Positions 1-10,531 of a DNA stretch of 41,223 bases are shown here, in pieces. A program made the translations under genes and the position numbers. This DNA comes from Chryseobacterium sp. (lineage in GTDB: Bacteria; Bacteroidota; Bacteroidia; Flavobacteriales; Weeksellaceae). A model generated the notes under the pieces. That model worked only from the letters and a program-made list of their open reading frames with translations. It was not told where the DNA came from and made no database searches. The stretch lies in assembly GCA_015478785.1 (NCBI GenBank), contig JADMKO010000024.1, forward strand, positions 1 through 41,223. The letters are read 5' to 3'. The number at the start of each line of letters is the position of its first letter. The first letter of the stretch is position 1.

Positions 1-90
1 CTTTCAGTGTATTTCTTAAGTTTTCCACTGCGGGAATCGTGTGCTCCAGCACTTTTTTGTAAGCCGCGATGTGCATAGCTGTAGGAAAAA
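1..90 (-). other. Inverted fragment of fumC coding sequence (fold-back junction)
   Basis: Minus strand 88..2 translates [29 protein letters not shown], the FumC segment that normally precedes and overlaps the plus-strand [26 protein letters not shown] starting at 91. Confidence 0.9.
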
Positions 91-109
91 TTAAGAAATA
101 CACTGAAAG
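1..109. repeat. Inverted repeat 1..26 / 84..109 (25/26 match; 1..19 / 91..109 perfect)
   Basis: ctttcagtgtatttcttaa at 1..19 is the exact reverse complement of ttaagaaatacactgaaag at 91..109. Confidence 0.95.
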
Positions 110-975
110 AAAAATCCAAACAATTCAAGAATATTGTTAAAATTGGACGAACCCACCTGATGGATGCCACACCACTCACGCTGGGACAGGAATTTTCAGG
201 CTATGTTGCTCAACTGGATTTCTCGTTAAAAGCGATAAAAAACACTCTTCCCCACCTGTCAGAACTCGCTCTTGGCGGCACCGCTGTAGGAACCGGACTG
301 AATACGCCGAAAGGATATGATGTGCAAGTGGCAGAATATATTTCCGAATTTGCGGGGCTTCCTTTCATCACCGCTGAAAATAAATTTGAAGCTTTGGCTG
401 CGCACGATGCCATTGTAGAAAGCCACGGCGCGCTTAAACAACTGGCAGTAGCCCTATATAAAATAGCACAGGACATCCGCTTTCTGGCTTCCGGCCCGCG
501 TTCAGGAATTGGTGAAATTTTTATTCCTGAAAATGAACCTGGCTCGTCCATCATGCCCGGAAAAGTAAATCCTACGCAAAGTGAAGCTTTAACGATGGTA
601 TGCGCACAGGTTTTAGGAAATGATACTACGATTTCTTTCTCCGGCACTCAGGGAAATTTTGAGCTGAATGTTTTTAAACCTGTCATGATTTACAACTTCC
701 TTCAGTCGGCTACGTTACTGGCAGATGCCTGTATTTCTTTTAATGATCATTGCGCTGTTGGAATTGAAGCTAATGAACCAAGAATCCAGGAACTGGTAGA
801 GAAATCCCTGATGTTGGTTACCGCGCTCAATCCTCACATTGGATATGAAAATGCAGCTACCATTGCCAAAGCAGCGCACAAAAACGGGACTACGCTGCGC
901 GAAGAAGCCATCAATCTGGGATTGCTGACCGCCGAGCAGTTCGATGAATGGGTGAAACCCGAGAAGATGATTTGA
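91..975 (+). CDS. fumC: Class II fumarate hydratase, 5'-truncated
   Basis: [25 protein letters not shown] and [13 protein letters not shown] signature. The frame is open from 85 with a stop at 82-84 in the inverted part; the ATG at 160 is internal. Confidence 0.97.
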   Translation, partial: LRNTLKEKSKQFKNIVKIGRTHLMDATPLTLGQEFSGYVAQLDFSLKAIKNTLPHLSELALGGTAVGTGLNTPKGYDVQVAEYISEFAGLPFITAENKFEALAAHDAIVESHGALKQLAVALYKIAQDIRFLASGPRSGIGEIFIPENEPGSSIMPGKVNPTQSEALTMVCAQVLGNDTTISFSGTQGNFELNVFKPVMIYNFLQSATLLADACISFNDHCAVGIEANEPRIQELVEKSLMLVTALNPHIGYENAATIAKAAHKNGTTLREEAINLGLLTAEQFDEWVKPEKMI

Positions 976-983
976 TACTGAAA

Positions 984-1943
984 CTAACAGAAACCCTCTT
1001 CCCAAACCAAAGCACTGGCTCCTAAAATAGCAGCATCAGCTTCAGGAAGTTCGCTGAGAATGAGATTTATTTTGCCACGTGAACAAGGAAGTAGATTGCG
1101 CTCCATATGAAATTTTGCAGGCCCGAGAAGGAAATCTCCGGCTTTTATAACGCCACCGAAAAGAAGAATTGCTTCAGGCGAGGAAAACATTACGAAATTG
1201 GCAAATGCTTCGCCAAGTTTCTGGCCTGTATATCGAAATACTTCTATGGCAACCGCATCGTTCTTCAGGGCACAATCGTAAACGGTTTTAGAATTGATTT
1301 CCGTTTCAGGATATTGATTGAGCAGACTGTCGGGAAATTCTGCGCGCATTTTTTTTGCCGTAATCGCAATACCAGTTGCGGATGCATACGCTTCCAACGA
1401 ACCTTCCGAATCTGTACTCCAGTGTTTCCTGCCACCGGGTTTTACGATGGTATGCCCGAGTTCGCCGGCGAACCCATCATGGCCATAAATTAATTTTCCG
1501 TCACAAACAATTCCGCTTCCGACGCCTGTTCCCAAAGTAATCATGATGAAATCTTTCATGTTTTTGGCGGCTCCGTATTTCATTTCACCTACTGCAGCAG
1601 CATTGGCATCGTTCGTAATGGTGCAGGGAATATTCAATTTTTCCGTCAGGATTCGGGCCAAAGGAATACTTCCTTTCCACTTCAGGTTAGGCGCATCCTC
1701 TATGGTTCCGGTATAATAATTTCCGTTGGGTGCTCCTATTCCGATGCCACAGAACTGATGATCGCTAAACTTCTGAATCAATGATTGAATAATGTTAGAA
1801 AGCGCATTGATGAACTCCTCCACCGTTTCATGGTTTCCGGTAGGCAGGCTTCCTTTCTCTAAGATTTCACCAGCCCGGTTCACCATCCCGAATTTGGTAT
1901 TGGTGCCCCCGATGTCGATTCCAAGTGCAATTTCTATTGACAT
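984..1943 (-). CDS. ROK family sugar kinase (glucokinase-like)
   Basis: GIDIGGT, NDANAAAVGE, TLGTGVGSG, GFAGELGH motifs; no N-terminal HTH. Confidence 0.92.
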   Translation of the reverse strand: MSIEIALGIDIGGTNTKFGMVNRAGEILEKGSLPTGNHETVEEFINALSNIIQSLIQKFSDHQFCGIGIGAPNGNYYTGTIEDAPNLKWKGSIPLARILTEKLNIPCTITNDANAAAVGEMKYGAAKNMKDFIMITLGTGVGSGIVCDGKLIYGHDGFAGELGHTIVKPGGRKHWSTDSEGSLEAYASATGIAITAKKMRAEFPDSLLNQYPETEINSKTVYDCALKNDAVAIEVFRYTGQKLGEAFANFVMFSSPEAILLFGGVIKAGDFLLGPAKFHMERNLLPCSRGKINLILSELPEADAAILGASALVWEEGFC

Positions 1944-2024
1944 ATTTTATGTTTCTACGGATGGGTAATTATCAAATTAAAAATGAAACAAAACATGAAA
2001 ATTTCTTTCAGGTTTTAAATTCCT

Positions 2025-2032
2025 CAAATTTA
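2025..2032 (-). promoter_or_regulatory. Bacteroidota sigmaA -7 element (TAAATTTG) for the ROK gene
   Basis: Exact TAnnTTTG match about 80 nt upstream of the ROK start, downstream of the secA terminator. Confidence 0.5.
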
Positions 2033-2076
2033 GCATAATTCGCGGATTTGGGTAATAGTACGGATATTGATATGGT

Positions 2077-2113
2077 AAAAATAAAAAATCCGCTTGAAGT
2101 TCTCAAGCGGATT
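2077..2113 (-). terminator. Intrinsic terminator of secA
   Basis: 11-bp stem aatccgcttga/tcaagcggatt (2087..2113), followed by a T-tract on the minus strand. Confidence 0.85.
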
Positions 2114-2132
2114 AATATATAAAACATTCATC

Positions 2133-5100
2133 TTACGATGGGATTTCTCCTTTAAAAAGGAAGGAAATGGTTTCTCTATTTACTTTGTCCACCATTTCAC
2201 TGAAAAGGTAAAAAGATTCCTGTTTGTAAATTACCAGTGGATCTTTTTGCTCGTAAACGGCTCCTTGGGAAGATCTCCGAAGGTCATCCATTTCGCGAAG
2301 ATGCAGTTTCCAGTTTTCATCAATAATAGACAGCGAAATATTTTTTTCAAAATCGTCTATCAGGCTTTGGCACTTGGTTTCAAACGCTTTATGAAGATCT
2401 GCAACAATGGTCATGGTGCGGGTTCCGTCGGTAAATGGAACCTGAATCATTTTGAACATAGAGCCTTGATTCTGGTAAACATTTTCGATGATGGGAAAGG
2501 ACTTTTCTCTCATCAGTTCCAGCCTCTTTTTATAATCTTCTTCAGCTGCTTTGAAAACGATATTGCTCAGTTCCGGAATTTGTGTGTTTTTGAATACACT
2601 TTCAGAAACAGGAGCATCCATCGTGAAATTCTTAATGATTTCGTATTCAAAATCTTTGAAGTTTCCATCTGCTTTCGTTTTTGCTACCACAGAATGAGCC
2701 ACATCATAAATCATGTTTGAAATGTCATATTTCAGGTGATCGCCGAAGAGCGCATTTTTTCTTCTTTTGTAAATCACATCCCGTTGCTTGTTCATCACAT
2801 CGTCATACTCCAGCAATCTTTTTCGGATTCCAAAGTTATTTTCCTCTACTTTTTTCTGGGCTCTTTCGATGGATTTTGTAATCATGGAATGTTGAATCAC
2901 TTCACCTTCTTTGTGTCCCATTCGGTCCATCATCTTGGCGATTTTTTCTGAACCGAAAAGCCTCATCAAGTTATCCTCAAGCGAGACATAAAATTGTGAA
3001 CTTCCCGGATCTCCCTGTCTTCCGGCACGTCCTCTCAACTGTCGGTCAACCCTTCTGGAATCGTGTCTTTCGGTTCCGATAATTGCTAAACCTCCGGCTT
3101 CTTTCACGCCTTCTCTCAGCTTGATATCGGTACCCCGGCCTGCCATATTCGTAGCAATAGTTACTTGTCCCGCACGACCAGCGTCGGCAACAATTTCCGC
3201 TTCTTTTTTGTGAAGTTTTGCATTCAGAACCTGATGAGGAATTTTCCTGAGCTGCAGCGCTTTGGAAAGCAATTGAGAAATCTCTACTGAGGTGGTTCCT
3301 ACAAGAATAGGTCTTCCGGCAGCAGTCAGACGTTCTATTTCCTCAATAACAGCGTTGTATTTTTCACGATTGGTTTTAAAGACAAGATCCTGACGATCAT
3401 CTCTTTGTATTGGCCTGTTGGTCGGAATTACGACAACATCCAGTTTGTAAATCTGCCAGAATTCTCCTGCTTCGGTTTCCGCTGTTCCTGTCATCCCCGC
3501 AAGTTTGTTATACATCCGGAAATAATTCTGAAGAGTAACGGTGGCAAAAGTTTGTGTAGCGGCTTCTATTTTTACATTTTCCTTAGCTTCAATCGCTTGG
3601 TGCAGTCCATCGGAATACCGTCTGCCTTCCATAATACGGCCGGTTTGCTCGTCTACGATTTTTACTTCTCCGTCAATCACTACATATTCATCGTCTTTTT
3701 CAAAAAGAGTGTATGCTTTTAAGAGTTGGTTCAGCGTATGAACTCGTTCAGACTTCACGGCAAAATCTCTGAAGAGTTCTTCTTTCGCTGCAAATTCTTC
3801 TTCTTTCGTAAGATTTTTCGCTTCCAGTTCTGCTATTTCGGTACCGATATCCTGTAATACGAAGAAATCTTTATCACCATCGCCGGCGGACATATATTCT
3901 ACGCCTTTATCGGTAAGATCAATCTGATTATTTTTTTCATCAATCACAAAATAAAGATCTTTGTCTACTTTTGGCATTTCACGGTTGTTATCCGCCATAT
4001 ATTGGCCTTCCGTTTTCTGAAGTAAAGCCTTGTTTCCGGTTTCTGAAAGGAATTTAATCAAAGGTCTGGACTTCGGTAATCCTCTGTATGCCTGAAGGAG
4101 TTTGAATCCACCTTCCTTGGTATTGCCTGCGGCAATTAGTTTTTTGGCTTCATTAAAAATCTGGGAAACCGTTTGCTTTTGTACACTTACAATGCGATCC
4201 ACAGATGGTTTTAAAACGTCAAATTCCTGACGGTCGCCTTGCGGAACTGGCCCGGAAATAATCAGTGGCGTTCTCGCATCATCAATCAATACGGAATCCA
4301 CCTCATCCACAATTGCGAAATTCAGTTCTCTCTGAACCAGTTCGGATGGAGATGCCACCATGTTATCTCTCAGATAATCAAAGCCAAATTCATTATTGGT
4401 TCCATAAGTGATATCGGAGTTATACGCTTTCTTTCTGCCGTCGGAGTTGGGTTGGTGATTGTCGATACAGTCTATTGAAAGACCATGAAACTGATATAAA
4501 GGTCCCATCCAAGCGGAGTCTCTTTTAGCAAGATAATCATTTACGGTAACCACGTGGACACCACGGCCGGGAAGTGCATTGAGGTAAATGGGAAGTGTTC
4601 CTACAAGCGTTTTTCCTTCACCCGTAGCCATTTCTGCAATTTTACCGCTGTGAAGTACCACACCTCCGATGTACTGTACATCGTAATGCACCATGTCCCA
4701 AATAATTTCTGTTCCATGAGCATTCCATGAGTTTTTCCAAACGGCTTCATCACCTTCTATCTTTACAAAATCTTTACTGGCGGCGAGTTCGCGATCCCAA
4801 TCTGTTGCTTTCACACGAATTTCACCATTCTCTGCCCACCTTCTTGCGGTTTCTTTGATGAGTGCAAAAGCTTCAGGAAGGATTTCCATCAATACTTTTT
4901 CTTCTGTTTCGTAAGCTTCTTTGTTCAGCACATCTATCCGCTGAAAGAGCGCTTCTTTTTCATCAATATTGGAAGTATTCTGAATTTGTTCCCTGGTTTG
5001 TTCGATCTCGGAAGTGACAGAAGCAGATGTGCTTTTTATTTTTTCTTTGAATTCCGCAGTTTTCACTCGCAATTCATCATCACTCAGCTGCCGGATGTTA

Positions 5101-5204
5101 TCCTCTACAGCTTTTATTTTGGTTACTACTTTTTTTACCTCTTTCAGATCATTGGCGTTTTTATCACCAAGAAAACCTTTTAGAATTTTGTCTAAAACAC
5201 TCAT
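2133..5204 (-). CDS. secA: Preprotein translocase ATPase SecA
   Basis: EMATGEGKT Walker [42 protein letters not shown]. Confidence 0.99.
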   Translation of the reverse strand: MSVLDKILKGFLGDKNANDLKEVKKVVTKIKAVEDNIRQLSDDELRVKTAEFKEKIKSTSASVTSEIEQTREQIQNTSNIDEKEALFQRIDVLNKEAYETEEKVLMEILPEAFALIKETARRWAENGEIRVKATDWDRELAASKDFVKIEGDEAVWKNSWNAHGTEIIWDMVHYDVQYIGGVVLHSGKIAEMATGEGKTLVGTLPIYLNALPGRGVHVVTVNDYLAKRDSAWMGPLYQFHGLSIDCIDNHQPNSDGRKKAYNSDITYGTNNEFGFDYLRDNMVASPSELVQRELNFAIVDEVDSVLIDDARTPLIISGPVPQGDRQEFDVLKPSVDRIVSVQKQTVSQIFNEAKKLIAAGNTKEGGFKLLQAYRGLPKSRPLIKFLSETGNKALLQKTEGQYMADNNREMPKVDKDLYFVIDEKNNQIDLTDKGVEYMSAGDGDKDFFVLQDIGTEIAELEAKNLTKEEEFAAKEELFRDFAVKSERVHTLNQLLKAYTLFEKDDEYVVIDGEVKIVDEQTGRIMEGRRYSDGLHQAIEAKENVKIEAATQTFATVTLQNYFRMYNKLAGMTGTAETEAGEFWQIYKLDVVVIPTNRPIQRDDRQDLVFKTNREKYNAVIEEIERLTAAGRPILVGTTSVEISQLLSKALQLRKIPHQVLNAKLHKKEAEIVADAGRAGQVTIATNMAGRGTDIKLREGVKEAGGLAIIGTERHDSRRVDRQLRGRAGRQGDPGSSQFYVSLEDNLMRLFGSEKIAKMMDRMGHKEGEVIQHSMITKSIERAQKKVEENNFGIRKRLLEYDDVMNKQRDVIYKRRKNALFGDHLKYDISNMIYDVAHSVVAKTKADGNFKDFEYEIIKNFTMDAPVSESVFKNTQIPELSNIVFKAAEEDYKKRLELMREKSFPIIENVYQNQGSMFKMIQVPFTDGTRTMTIVADLHKAFETKCQSLIDDFEKNISLSIIDENWKLHLREMDDLRRSSQGAVYEQKDPLVIYKQESFYLFSEMVDKVNRETISFLFKGEIPS

Positions 5205-5279
5205 GTCTTGTTATTTGCTTGCAGCGGACTGCCGGCTGCTTTGGATTTTGTTAAAAATGGCAGAGGGCCAGTTGTAAAA

Positions 5280-5501
5280 TTAATATTCATCCTCGTTCCA
5301 GAGGAAATCTTCATCTGTAGGATAATCGCTCCATACTTCTTCTATAGATTCATAAATCTCGCCTTCATCTTCTATCGCCTGAAGGTTTTCGACTACTTCC
5401 ATCGGCGCACCAGTTCGGATGGCATAATCAATAAGCTCCGCCTTCGTCATAGGCCACGGAGCATCGCTTAAATAGGAAGCTAATTCTAATGTCCAGTACA
5501 T
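5280..5501 (-). CDS. DUF2795 family small acidic protein (73 aa)
   Basis: MYWTLELASYLSDAPWPMTKAELIDYAIRTGAP is the recognisable Bacteroidota family. ATG at 5501 is preferred because the longer ORF start overlaps the promoter. Confidence 0.88.
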   Translation of the reverse strand: MYWTLELASYLSDAPWPMTKAELIDYAIRTGAPMEVVENLQAIEDEGEIYESIEEVWSDYPTDEDFLWNEDEY

Positions 5502-5526
5502 ATTCTTAGTGTTTTTATTTTCCCTG

Positions 5527-5556
5527 CAAAAGTATAAAATTAGCTGAAAAATCAAA
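5527..5556 (-). promoter_or_regulatory. sigmaA promoter for DUF2795-secA
   Basis: Minus strand TTTG-N18-TACTTTTG matches the Bacteroidota -33/-7 consensus. Confidence 0.75.
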
Positions 5557-5703
5557 GCTTTTTCCCGCTGATTTTCAATCTTTTTGAAACATTTGCTATG
5601 ATTCTTTATTCATGATTTTGAGTTGTCGTGAATCTTCTGGGTTTCCGCTTTTCAAAAAGGCTGAAACAGGCTTTTATATTCAGTATTTCTTGCAGGTTTG
5701 GGC

Positions 5704-6726
5704 TCAATTTTTCAAAAACCATTCCACAAATCTTTTTATGCCATTTTGGAAGTTTACCTTAGGTTGATAACCGATCATTGCTTTTGCTTTATCAATATTG
5801 GCGTGGGTTTTCATGACATCTCCCTGCTGTAAAGGAAGGTAATTCTTTCTCGCTTTTATTCCCAATTCTTCTTCGATGGTGGTTACCATTTCATCGAGCG
5901 GTATCACCTGATTTTCTCCAAGATTGAGAATTTCGTAAACTTGAGTATGTGTTTGCAGATATTCAATACTTTTTAAAATTCCGTCAACGATATCGTCAAT
6001 ATACGTATAATCCCGGGAAGTGGTACCGTCTCCGTAGAAAGGGATTTCCTGTTGCCCGGAAATCATTTTTGTAAACTTATGAATCGCAAGATCAGGTCTT
6101 TGCCTCGGCCCGTATACGGTGAAGAAACGAAGCTGAATCATATCTATTGAATACAAATGATGATACACATGGCCCAAAGTTTCTACACTTTTTTTGGTTG
6201 CTGCATAAGGAGAAATGGGGTGATCCACTGAATCTGTTTCAGAAAATGGGATTCTCTCGTTATTTCCATAAACACTGGAGGAAGATGCGCAAATAAATTT
6301 CTGAATTTTAAAATCTCTGCACAGTTCCCAAAGATTCATCGTTCCGCGAATATTGACTTCCTCATACTCCAAAGGCCTGTCGATAGAAGGCCGGACACCC
6401 GCCAAAGCTGCCAAATGAATCACCATATCAACTGAATGATTTTGAAAAACAGTTTTCAGACCGGCACGATCTCTAATATCTTGGTAATATAACTGATACC
6501 GCTCAGAATGGGTTCGGTCTACGAGTGTATTGATGTCAGTATCTTTTTCTGAGAAAGAAAAATGCGGAGATTGCTGTAAAGATTCCAGCGTATTTCGGAT
6601 TTTAATTTTGTAATCATAAAAACTGTCAAAATTGTCAACGTTAATGACAGAGTGTCCGTTTCGCAAAAGGTGTTGAGCTAAATGAGAACCTATGAAACCG
6701 CTGGCTCCGGTGATGAGATACGTCAT
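5704..6726 (-). CDS. NAD-dependent nucleotide-sugar epimerase/dehydratase (UDP-glucuronate 4-epimerase-like extended SDR)
   Basis: TGASGFIG, HLAALAGVRPS, SSSSVYG, YAATK, RFFTVYGPRQRPD. Confidence 0.9.
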   Translation of the reverse strand: MTYLITGASGFIGSHLAQHLLRNGHSVINVDNFDSFYDYKIKIRNTLESLQQSPHFSFSEKDTDINTLVDRTHSERYQLYYQDIRDRAGLKTVFQNHSVDMVIHLAALAGVRPSIDRPLEYEEVNIRGTMNLWELCRDFKIQKFICASSSSVYGNNERIPFSETDSVDHPISPYAATKKSVETLGHVYHHLYSIDMIQLRFFTVYGPRQRPDLAIHKFTKMISGQQEIPFYGDGTTSRDYTYIDDIVDGILKSIEYLQTHTQVYEILNLGENQVIPLDEMVTTIEEELGIKARKNYLPLQQGDVMKTHANIDKAKAMIGYQPKVNFQNGIKRFVEWFLKN

Positions 6727-6746
6727 ACTGGAATTTATTTGTATCG

Positions 6747-6754
6747 CAAAGGTA
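6747..6754 (-). promoter_or_regulatory. sigmaA -7 element (TACCTTTG) for the epimerase
   Basis: TAnnTTTG match 20 nt upstream of the start codon. Confidence 0.6.
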
Positions 6755-6803
6755 TAAAATTAGAAAGAGGAAAATAATTCCTTATTTTTACGAAAAATTC
6801 AGA

Positions 6804-7598
6804 ATGAAATTTCAGGGACAGGTGCTGAAAATGAGCACGATTAATGATACTCCTATTCAATATTATTTGAATTTTTCTAATGATTTGATTAACATGAATC
6901 AACTCATCGGAAAAAAATTGAAACTCAGGCATATTGGCTATAAGTGTGTGAATTGTGGAAATGATGAGAAATTGTACCGAATGGGATTCTGCAAAAAGTG
7001 TTTTTTTGAAAGTCCTTATGCCAGCGGTACCATTATCCGGCCCGAACTTTCCACCGCACATCTGGGAATTGCCGAAAGGGATTTGCAGGTAGAACAGGAA
7101 ATTCAACTGGTTCCTCACGTGGTTTACCTCGCTTATACCGGAGACGTAAAAGTGGGCGTTACGCGGTTCAATCAACTTCCTACAAGATGGATAGATCAGG
7201 GTGCTACTTTTGCGCTGCCCATTGCCAAAACTACCAACCGTTATGAAGCCGGAATGATAGAAGTTGCCCTGAAAGAGCATCTTCCGGATAAAACAAACTA
7301 TAAAAAAATGCTTCAGGACGATTTTGAAGACGATCTGGATCTTGCGGATTTCCGAAATAAAATAGAGCAGTATTTTCCGGAAGAATTCAAAGATTTCTAT
7401 TCTATGGAAGGCGAGGTGTCGCGGTTGGATTATCCTTATGAAGCTCCAGCGAACATCAATGTTTTTACGATGGACAAAAATCCCGAGTTTGAAGGAACAT
7501 TAGCCGGAATTAAAGGGCAATATCTTTATTTTGAAGGCGGAAATTTCATCAATATGAGAAGCCATGAAGGCTATGTAGTGGAGCTTGAAACTTTGTAG
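6804..7598 (+). CDS. DUF2797 family protein (CxxC...CxxC)
   Basis: CVNCG...GFCKKCF, HVVYLA...KVGVTR, PTRWIDQGA, GIKGQYL. Confidence 0.8.
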   Translation: MKFQGQVLKMSTINDTPIQYYLNFSNDLINMNQLIGKKLKLRHIGYKCVNCGNDEKLYRMGFCKKCFFESPYASGTIIRPELSTAHLGIAERDLQVEQEIQLVPHVVYLAYTGDVKVGVTRFNQLPTRWIDQGATFALPIAKTTNRYEAGMIEVALKEHLPDKTNYKKMLQDDFEDDLDLADFRNKIEQYFPEEFKDFYSMEGEVSRLDYPYEAPANINVFTMDKNPEFEGTLAGIKGQYLYFEGGNFINMRSHEGYVVELETL

Positions 7599-7703
7599 TT
7601 TTCTGAATTATAGATTAATTCCCTATAATTAAGCAAACATTTCAAAATATCTTGAAAAAAGATTGCGACTGCTTTTTCCATATCTTTAGATAATATTTTT
7701 CTG

Positions 7704-10193
7704 ATGAATAAAAGATGGGCGAAAAAGGGTGCCATTGCTCTGGCGATTATATTGATTTTAGGGATTGTCGCCAATCTCGCACTTCATCTTTGGCTCCAAC
7801 ACAAGTTGCCGGAAATCATTAAGAAAAACAGTGATTATGTAGTTTCCTATCAGTCGCTTCAAGTCAGCTTGATTACAGGTTCCATCGTTGCACAGGATAT
7901 TTCGATAGAAACTAAGCACCCGGAAAATCAGGAAATTCTTCGCTTGAAAGGAAAAATAAATGCCTTGGAGATCAGCAGGTTTGGGATTTATCGTGCAGTA
8001 TTTAAAAAGGAATTTTATTTCAATGAATTATTTCTGGACAAACCCGATCTTCAAATTATTCTCGCCCGTCCAAAATCTGATTCAGAAAAGCGTAAAACAC
8101 AGGATTTACTTAAAAATATTAGAATTGACGGCGGAAATATTCAGGTTTTTACGGCGAAAGGAAAGAAACTTCTTTCCGTGAACCAACTTGATCTTGAGGT
8201 TCAGAATATCCGCATGACCGAGAAATCCATAGAAAGTGTGCTGCCGTTAGCTTTCGATCATTACAATATTCAAAGCAAAGATTTTTTTTATCAACCTGAT
8301 GATCTGTACATTGCTTCGGCCAAAAGCATCAAAACGGAGAAAGGGAAAATGGTGATTGATGAATTCCGGTTGATACCGCAAGTCACGCCGCAACAGTTTG
8401 AAAAATCCTTCCCTGAACGGAAAAATATGTTTAGGATTACTTCCAAAGAAGTTCACTTTACGGATATTCAGCTGAATAAAAATATCATTTCAATGGCCAA
8501 CTTCACTCTGGAACAGCCTGAAATTCTGATGTACACTGCAACGCCTTCTATTAAAAAGAAGAAAAAAAGAAAAACTCCCGATCTGAAACTTGATGATATT
8601 GTTTTAAATAACGCCAGAATTGAAATCCGAAAAACAAATGGAGAAACCATTTTTGGATCAGAAAAAGTGAATATTGGAATCAATAAATTTATATTCGATC
8701 AGGAAACATCGAAGGAAACGATTCCGTTTGCCTATGCCGATTTCAAAATTTCCGGGGAAAATATTTCATTCGCTGCAAAGAATCAGAAAGGAAAAATAGG
8801 ATCAATTTCTCTGACACCAAAAAGCGGAAAGCTCAATCGAATTTCTATCTTACCATTAACTAAAAGTTCAAATAATTCTTCCTTACAATTCACCGGTAAT
8901 CAATTGGCTTTCACTACAAACGACTGGAACTTCAAAAATAATACACTTCATTTAGACATTGAAAATATTACAGTAGATGGAGCGAAAGGTTCGGTGCGAG
9001 CCGCGGTAAATTCCCAACCGAAAAAAACACAAGTTTCCACTATTCATTTTCCGGTGAAAATTAGAAATATCGTAGTGAAAAACTCTGATTTTACTTATAT
9101 AAATAAAGAACAACCTCTTACCATAACAGGCCTGACTGCCAATGTAAATTCTTTGAAAATTTCGCAGACCGATCAGTTGGTCTTCGATCTTGGAAATTAT
9201 TCCATCACTGCAAGAAATTTACACTACAAAACCCGCTTTTACAACATTAAAACAAATAATGTGAATCTAAATCCGTCGACTATTCAAGTGGCGGATTTCA
9301 CCATGATTCCGACAGTTTCCAGAAGTGAATTTATCCGAATGATTCCTGTGGAAAAAGACCTTTATAACCTGAAAGCACCTAAGATTTCAATACAGGGAAA
9401 ATGGAATTTACTTTCGAAAAATAAATCCTTCAATGCAGACCAAATTACCATTCAATCAGCAGACGCGAATATTTTCCGAAGCAAAATTCCAAAAGATGAT
9501 TCTTCTGTAAAACCGATGTATTCTGAACTATTGAGGCGGATTTCGTTTCCTTTCACGGTGCGGAAGCTGGAACTAAAAAATGCTTTGCTGGAATATGAAG
9601 AAGACACCGAGAAAAGTGAAGGTCCGGGAAAACTGAGTTTCGGAAATTTCAACCTGACAGCACAAAATATCAACTCAGGGAAAAGGTCGGGAAATACCAA
9701 AATTCCGATTCGCATCCAGTGTCGTTTTATGAACGCTTCTCCTATGGATGTTACCTGGAATTTGGATACGGCGAGTAAAGATGACCGGTTTCAGATTAAA
9801 GGAAGCATCGCCGATTTGCCGGCTCAACGCATTAATCCTTTTATTGAACCTTATCTGGAAATTCGTGCTACAGGGAGTATTGATGTTTTGAGTTTTGATT
9901 TTAATGGAAATAAATCAGGAATTCAGGGAGAAATGCAGATTAAGCATGAAGACCTGAAAGTGGATTTGCTGAAAGAAACCGGCGAAAAAAAGAAAGTTCT
10001 TTCGGCCATTGTCAATATTTTTGTAAAATCTGATTCGGGAAGTTTGCCTGATTCTGTGGAAATAAAAGCGGAACGCGATCCTACGCGTTCTTTTTTCAAT
10101 TTGTTCTGGAAAGGAATTGAGGACGGCCTAAAGAAAACCCTCATTGGGATTTCACCTGCGGAGAAAAAAGAAACGGAAGCGAATTCCAAATAA
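7704..10193 (+). CDS. Large N-anchored periplasmic beta-rich protein (AsmA-like / DUF748-like)
   Basis: N-terminal TM helix followed by about 800 aa of repetitive amphipathic beta-strand pattern; family assignment is by resemblance only. Confidence 0.6.
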   Translation: MNKRWAKKGAIALAIILILGIVANLALHLWLQHKLPEIIKKNSDYVVSYQSLQVSLITGSIVAQDISIETKHPENQEILRLKGKINALEISRFGIYRAVFKKEFYFNELFLDKPDLQIILARPKSDSEKRKTQDLLKNIRIDGGNIQVFTAKGKKLLSVNQLDLEVQNIRMTEKSIESVLPLAFDHYNIQSKDFFYQPDDLYIASAKSIKTEKGKMVIDEFRLIPQVTPQQFEKSFPERKNMFRITSKEVHFTDIQLNKNIISMANFTLEQPEILMYTATPSIKKKKKRKTPDLKLDDIVLNNARIEIRKTNGETIFGSEKVNIGINKFIFDQETSKETIPFAYADFKISGENISFAAKNQKGKIGSISLTPKSGKLNRISILPLTKSSNNSSLQFTGNQLAFTTNDWNFKNNTLHLDIENITVDGAKGSVRAAVNSQPKKTQVSTIHFPVKIRNIVVKNSDFTYINKEQPLTITGLTANVNSLKISQTDQLVFDLGNYSITARNLHYKTRFYNIKTNNVNLNPSTIQVADFTMIPTVSRSEFIRMIPVEKDLYNLKAPKISIQGKWNLLSKNKSFNADQITIQSADANIFRSKIPKDDSSVKPMYSELLRRISFPFTVRKLELKNALLEYEEDTEKSEGPGKLSFGNFNLTAQNINSGKRSGNTKIPIRIQCRFMNASPMDVTWNLDTASKDDRFQIKGSIADLPAQRINPFIEPYLEIRATGSIDVLSFDFNGNKSGIQGEMQIKHEDLKVDLLKETGEKKKVLSAIVNIFVKSDSGSLPDSVEIKAERDPTRSFFNLFWKGIEDGLKKTLIGISPAEKKETEANSK

Positions 10194-10231
10194 AAAATCC
10201 TGACTTGCAAAAAGTCAGGATTTCAATTTTT
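10192..10231. terminator. Bidirectional intrinsic terminator between the 829-aa gene and rpmA
   Basis: 12-bp stem aaatcctgactt/aagtcaggattt (10195..10223) with A/T tracts on both sides, between convergent genes. Confidence 0.85.
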
Positions 10232-10245
10232 ATGCTAAACGCTAC

Positions 10246-10503
10246 TTATGCGTTAGGCTCTATAGATACGAAAGATCTGTTGTTTGCTTTCTTTCTGAAA
10301 ACTACTTTACCGTCAACCAATGCGTGCAAAGTGTGGTCTTTACCCATGCCCACGTTTTCACCCGGGTGGTGTTGCGTACCTCTTTGTCTTACGATGATGT
10401 TGCCAGCAATTGCTGCCTGTCCTCCGAAAATCTTCACTCCCAGTCTTTTGGAATGTGACTCTCTACCATTTTTGGAACTACCAACTCCTTTTTTGTGTGC
10501 CAT
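10246..10503 (-). CDS. rpmA: 50S ribosomal protein L27
   Basis: [24 protein letters not shown]...IIVRQRGT. Confidence 0.99.
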   Translation of the reverse strand: MAHKKGVGSSKNGRESHSKRLGVKIFGGQAAIAGNIIVRQRGTQHHPGENVGMGKDHTLHALVDGKVVFRKKANNRSFVSIEPNA

Positions 10504-10531
10504 TTTATTTTAAGGTTTTTTGGTTTATAAA

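Noticed and set aside
2084-2113. Shared AAAAATCCGCTT...AAGCGGATT stem with 23796..23831 as a REP/MITE family
   Set aside because: Only two short copies with different loops, both at gene 3' ends; ordinary terminators suffice.
2094-5277. Plus-strand ORFs (up to 208 aa) antisense to secA
   Set aside because: Shadow frames of a conserved gene with no motifs. The same applies to antisense ORFs over fumC, the ROK gene, scpA, prfA, the S41 protease, lon, trpS and ileS.
5654-5675. Terminator for the epimerase gene
   Set aside because: Stem is short with a central mismatch; not supportable.
6724-6754. Similar leaders of the epimerase and prfA (catactgg(g)aattt...gcaaag.ta)
   Set aside because: Largely explained by the shared start codon, A-rich initiation context and -7 element; too short to call a motif.
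6735-7280. 181-aa minus-strand ORF
   Set aside because: Overlaps the DUF2797 gene antisense; no recognisable features.
8553-8574. A-rich tract as a phase-variation site
   Set aside because: Interrupted runs encoding an in-frame Lys-rich linker; the ORF is intact.
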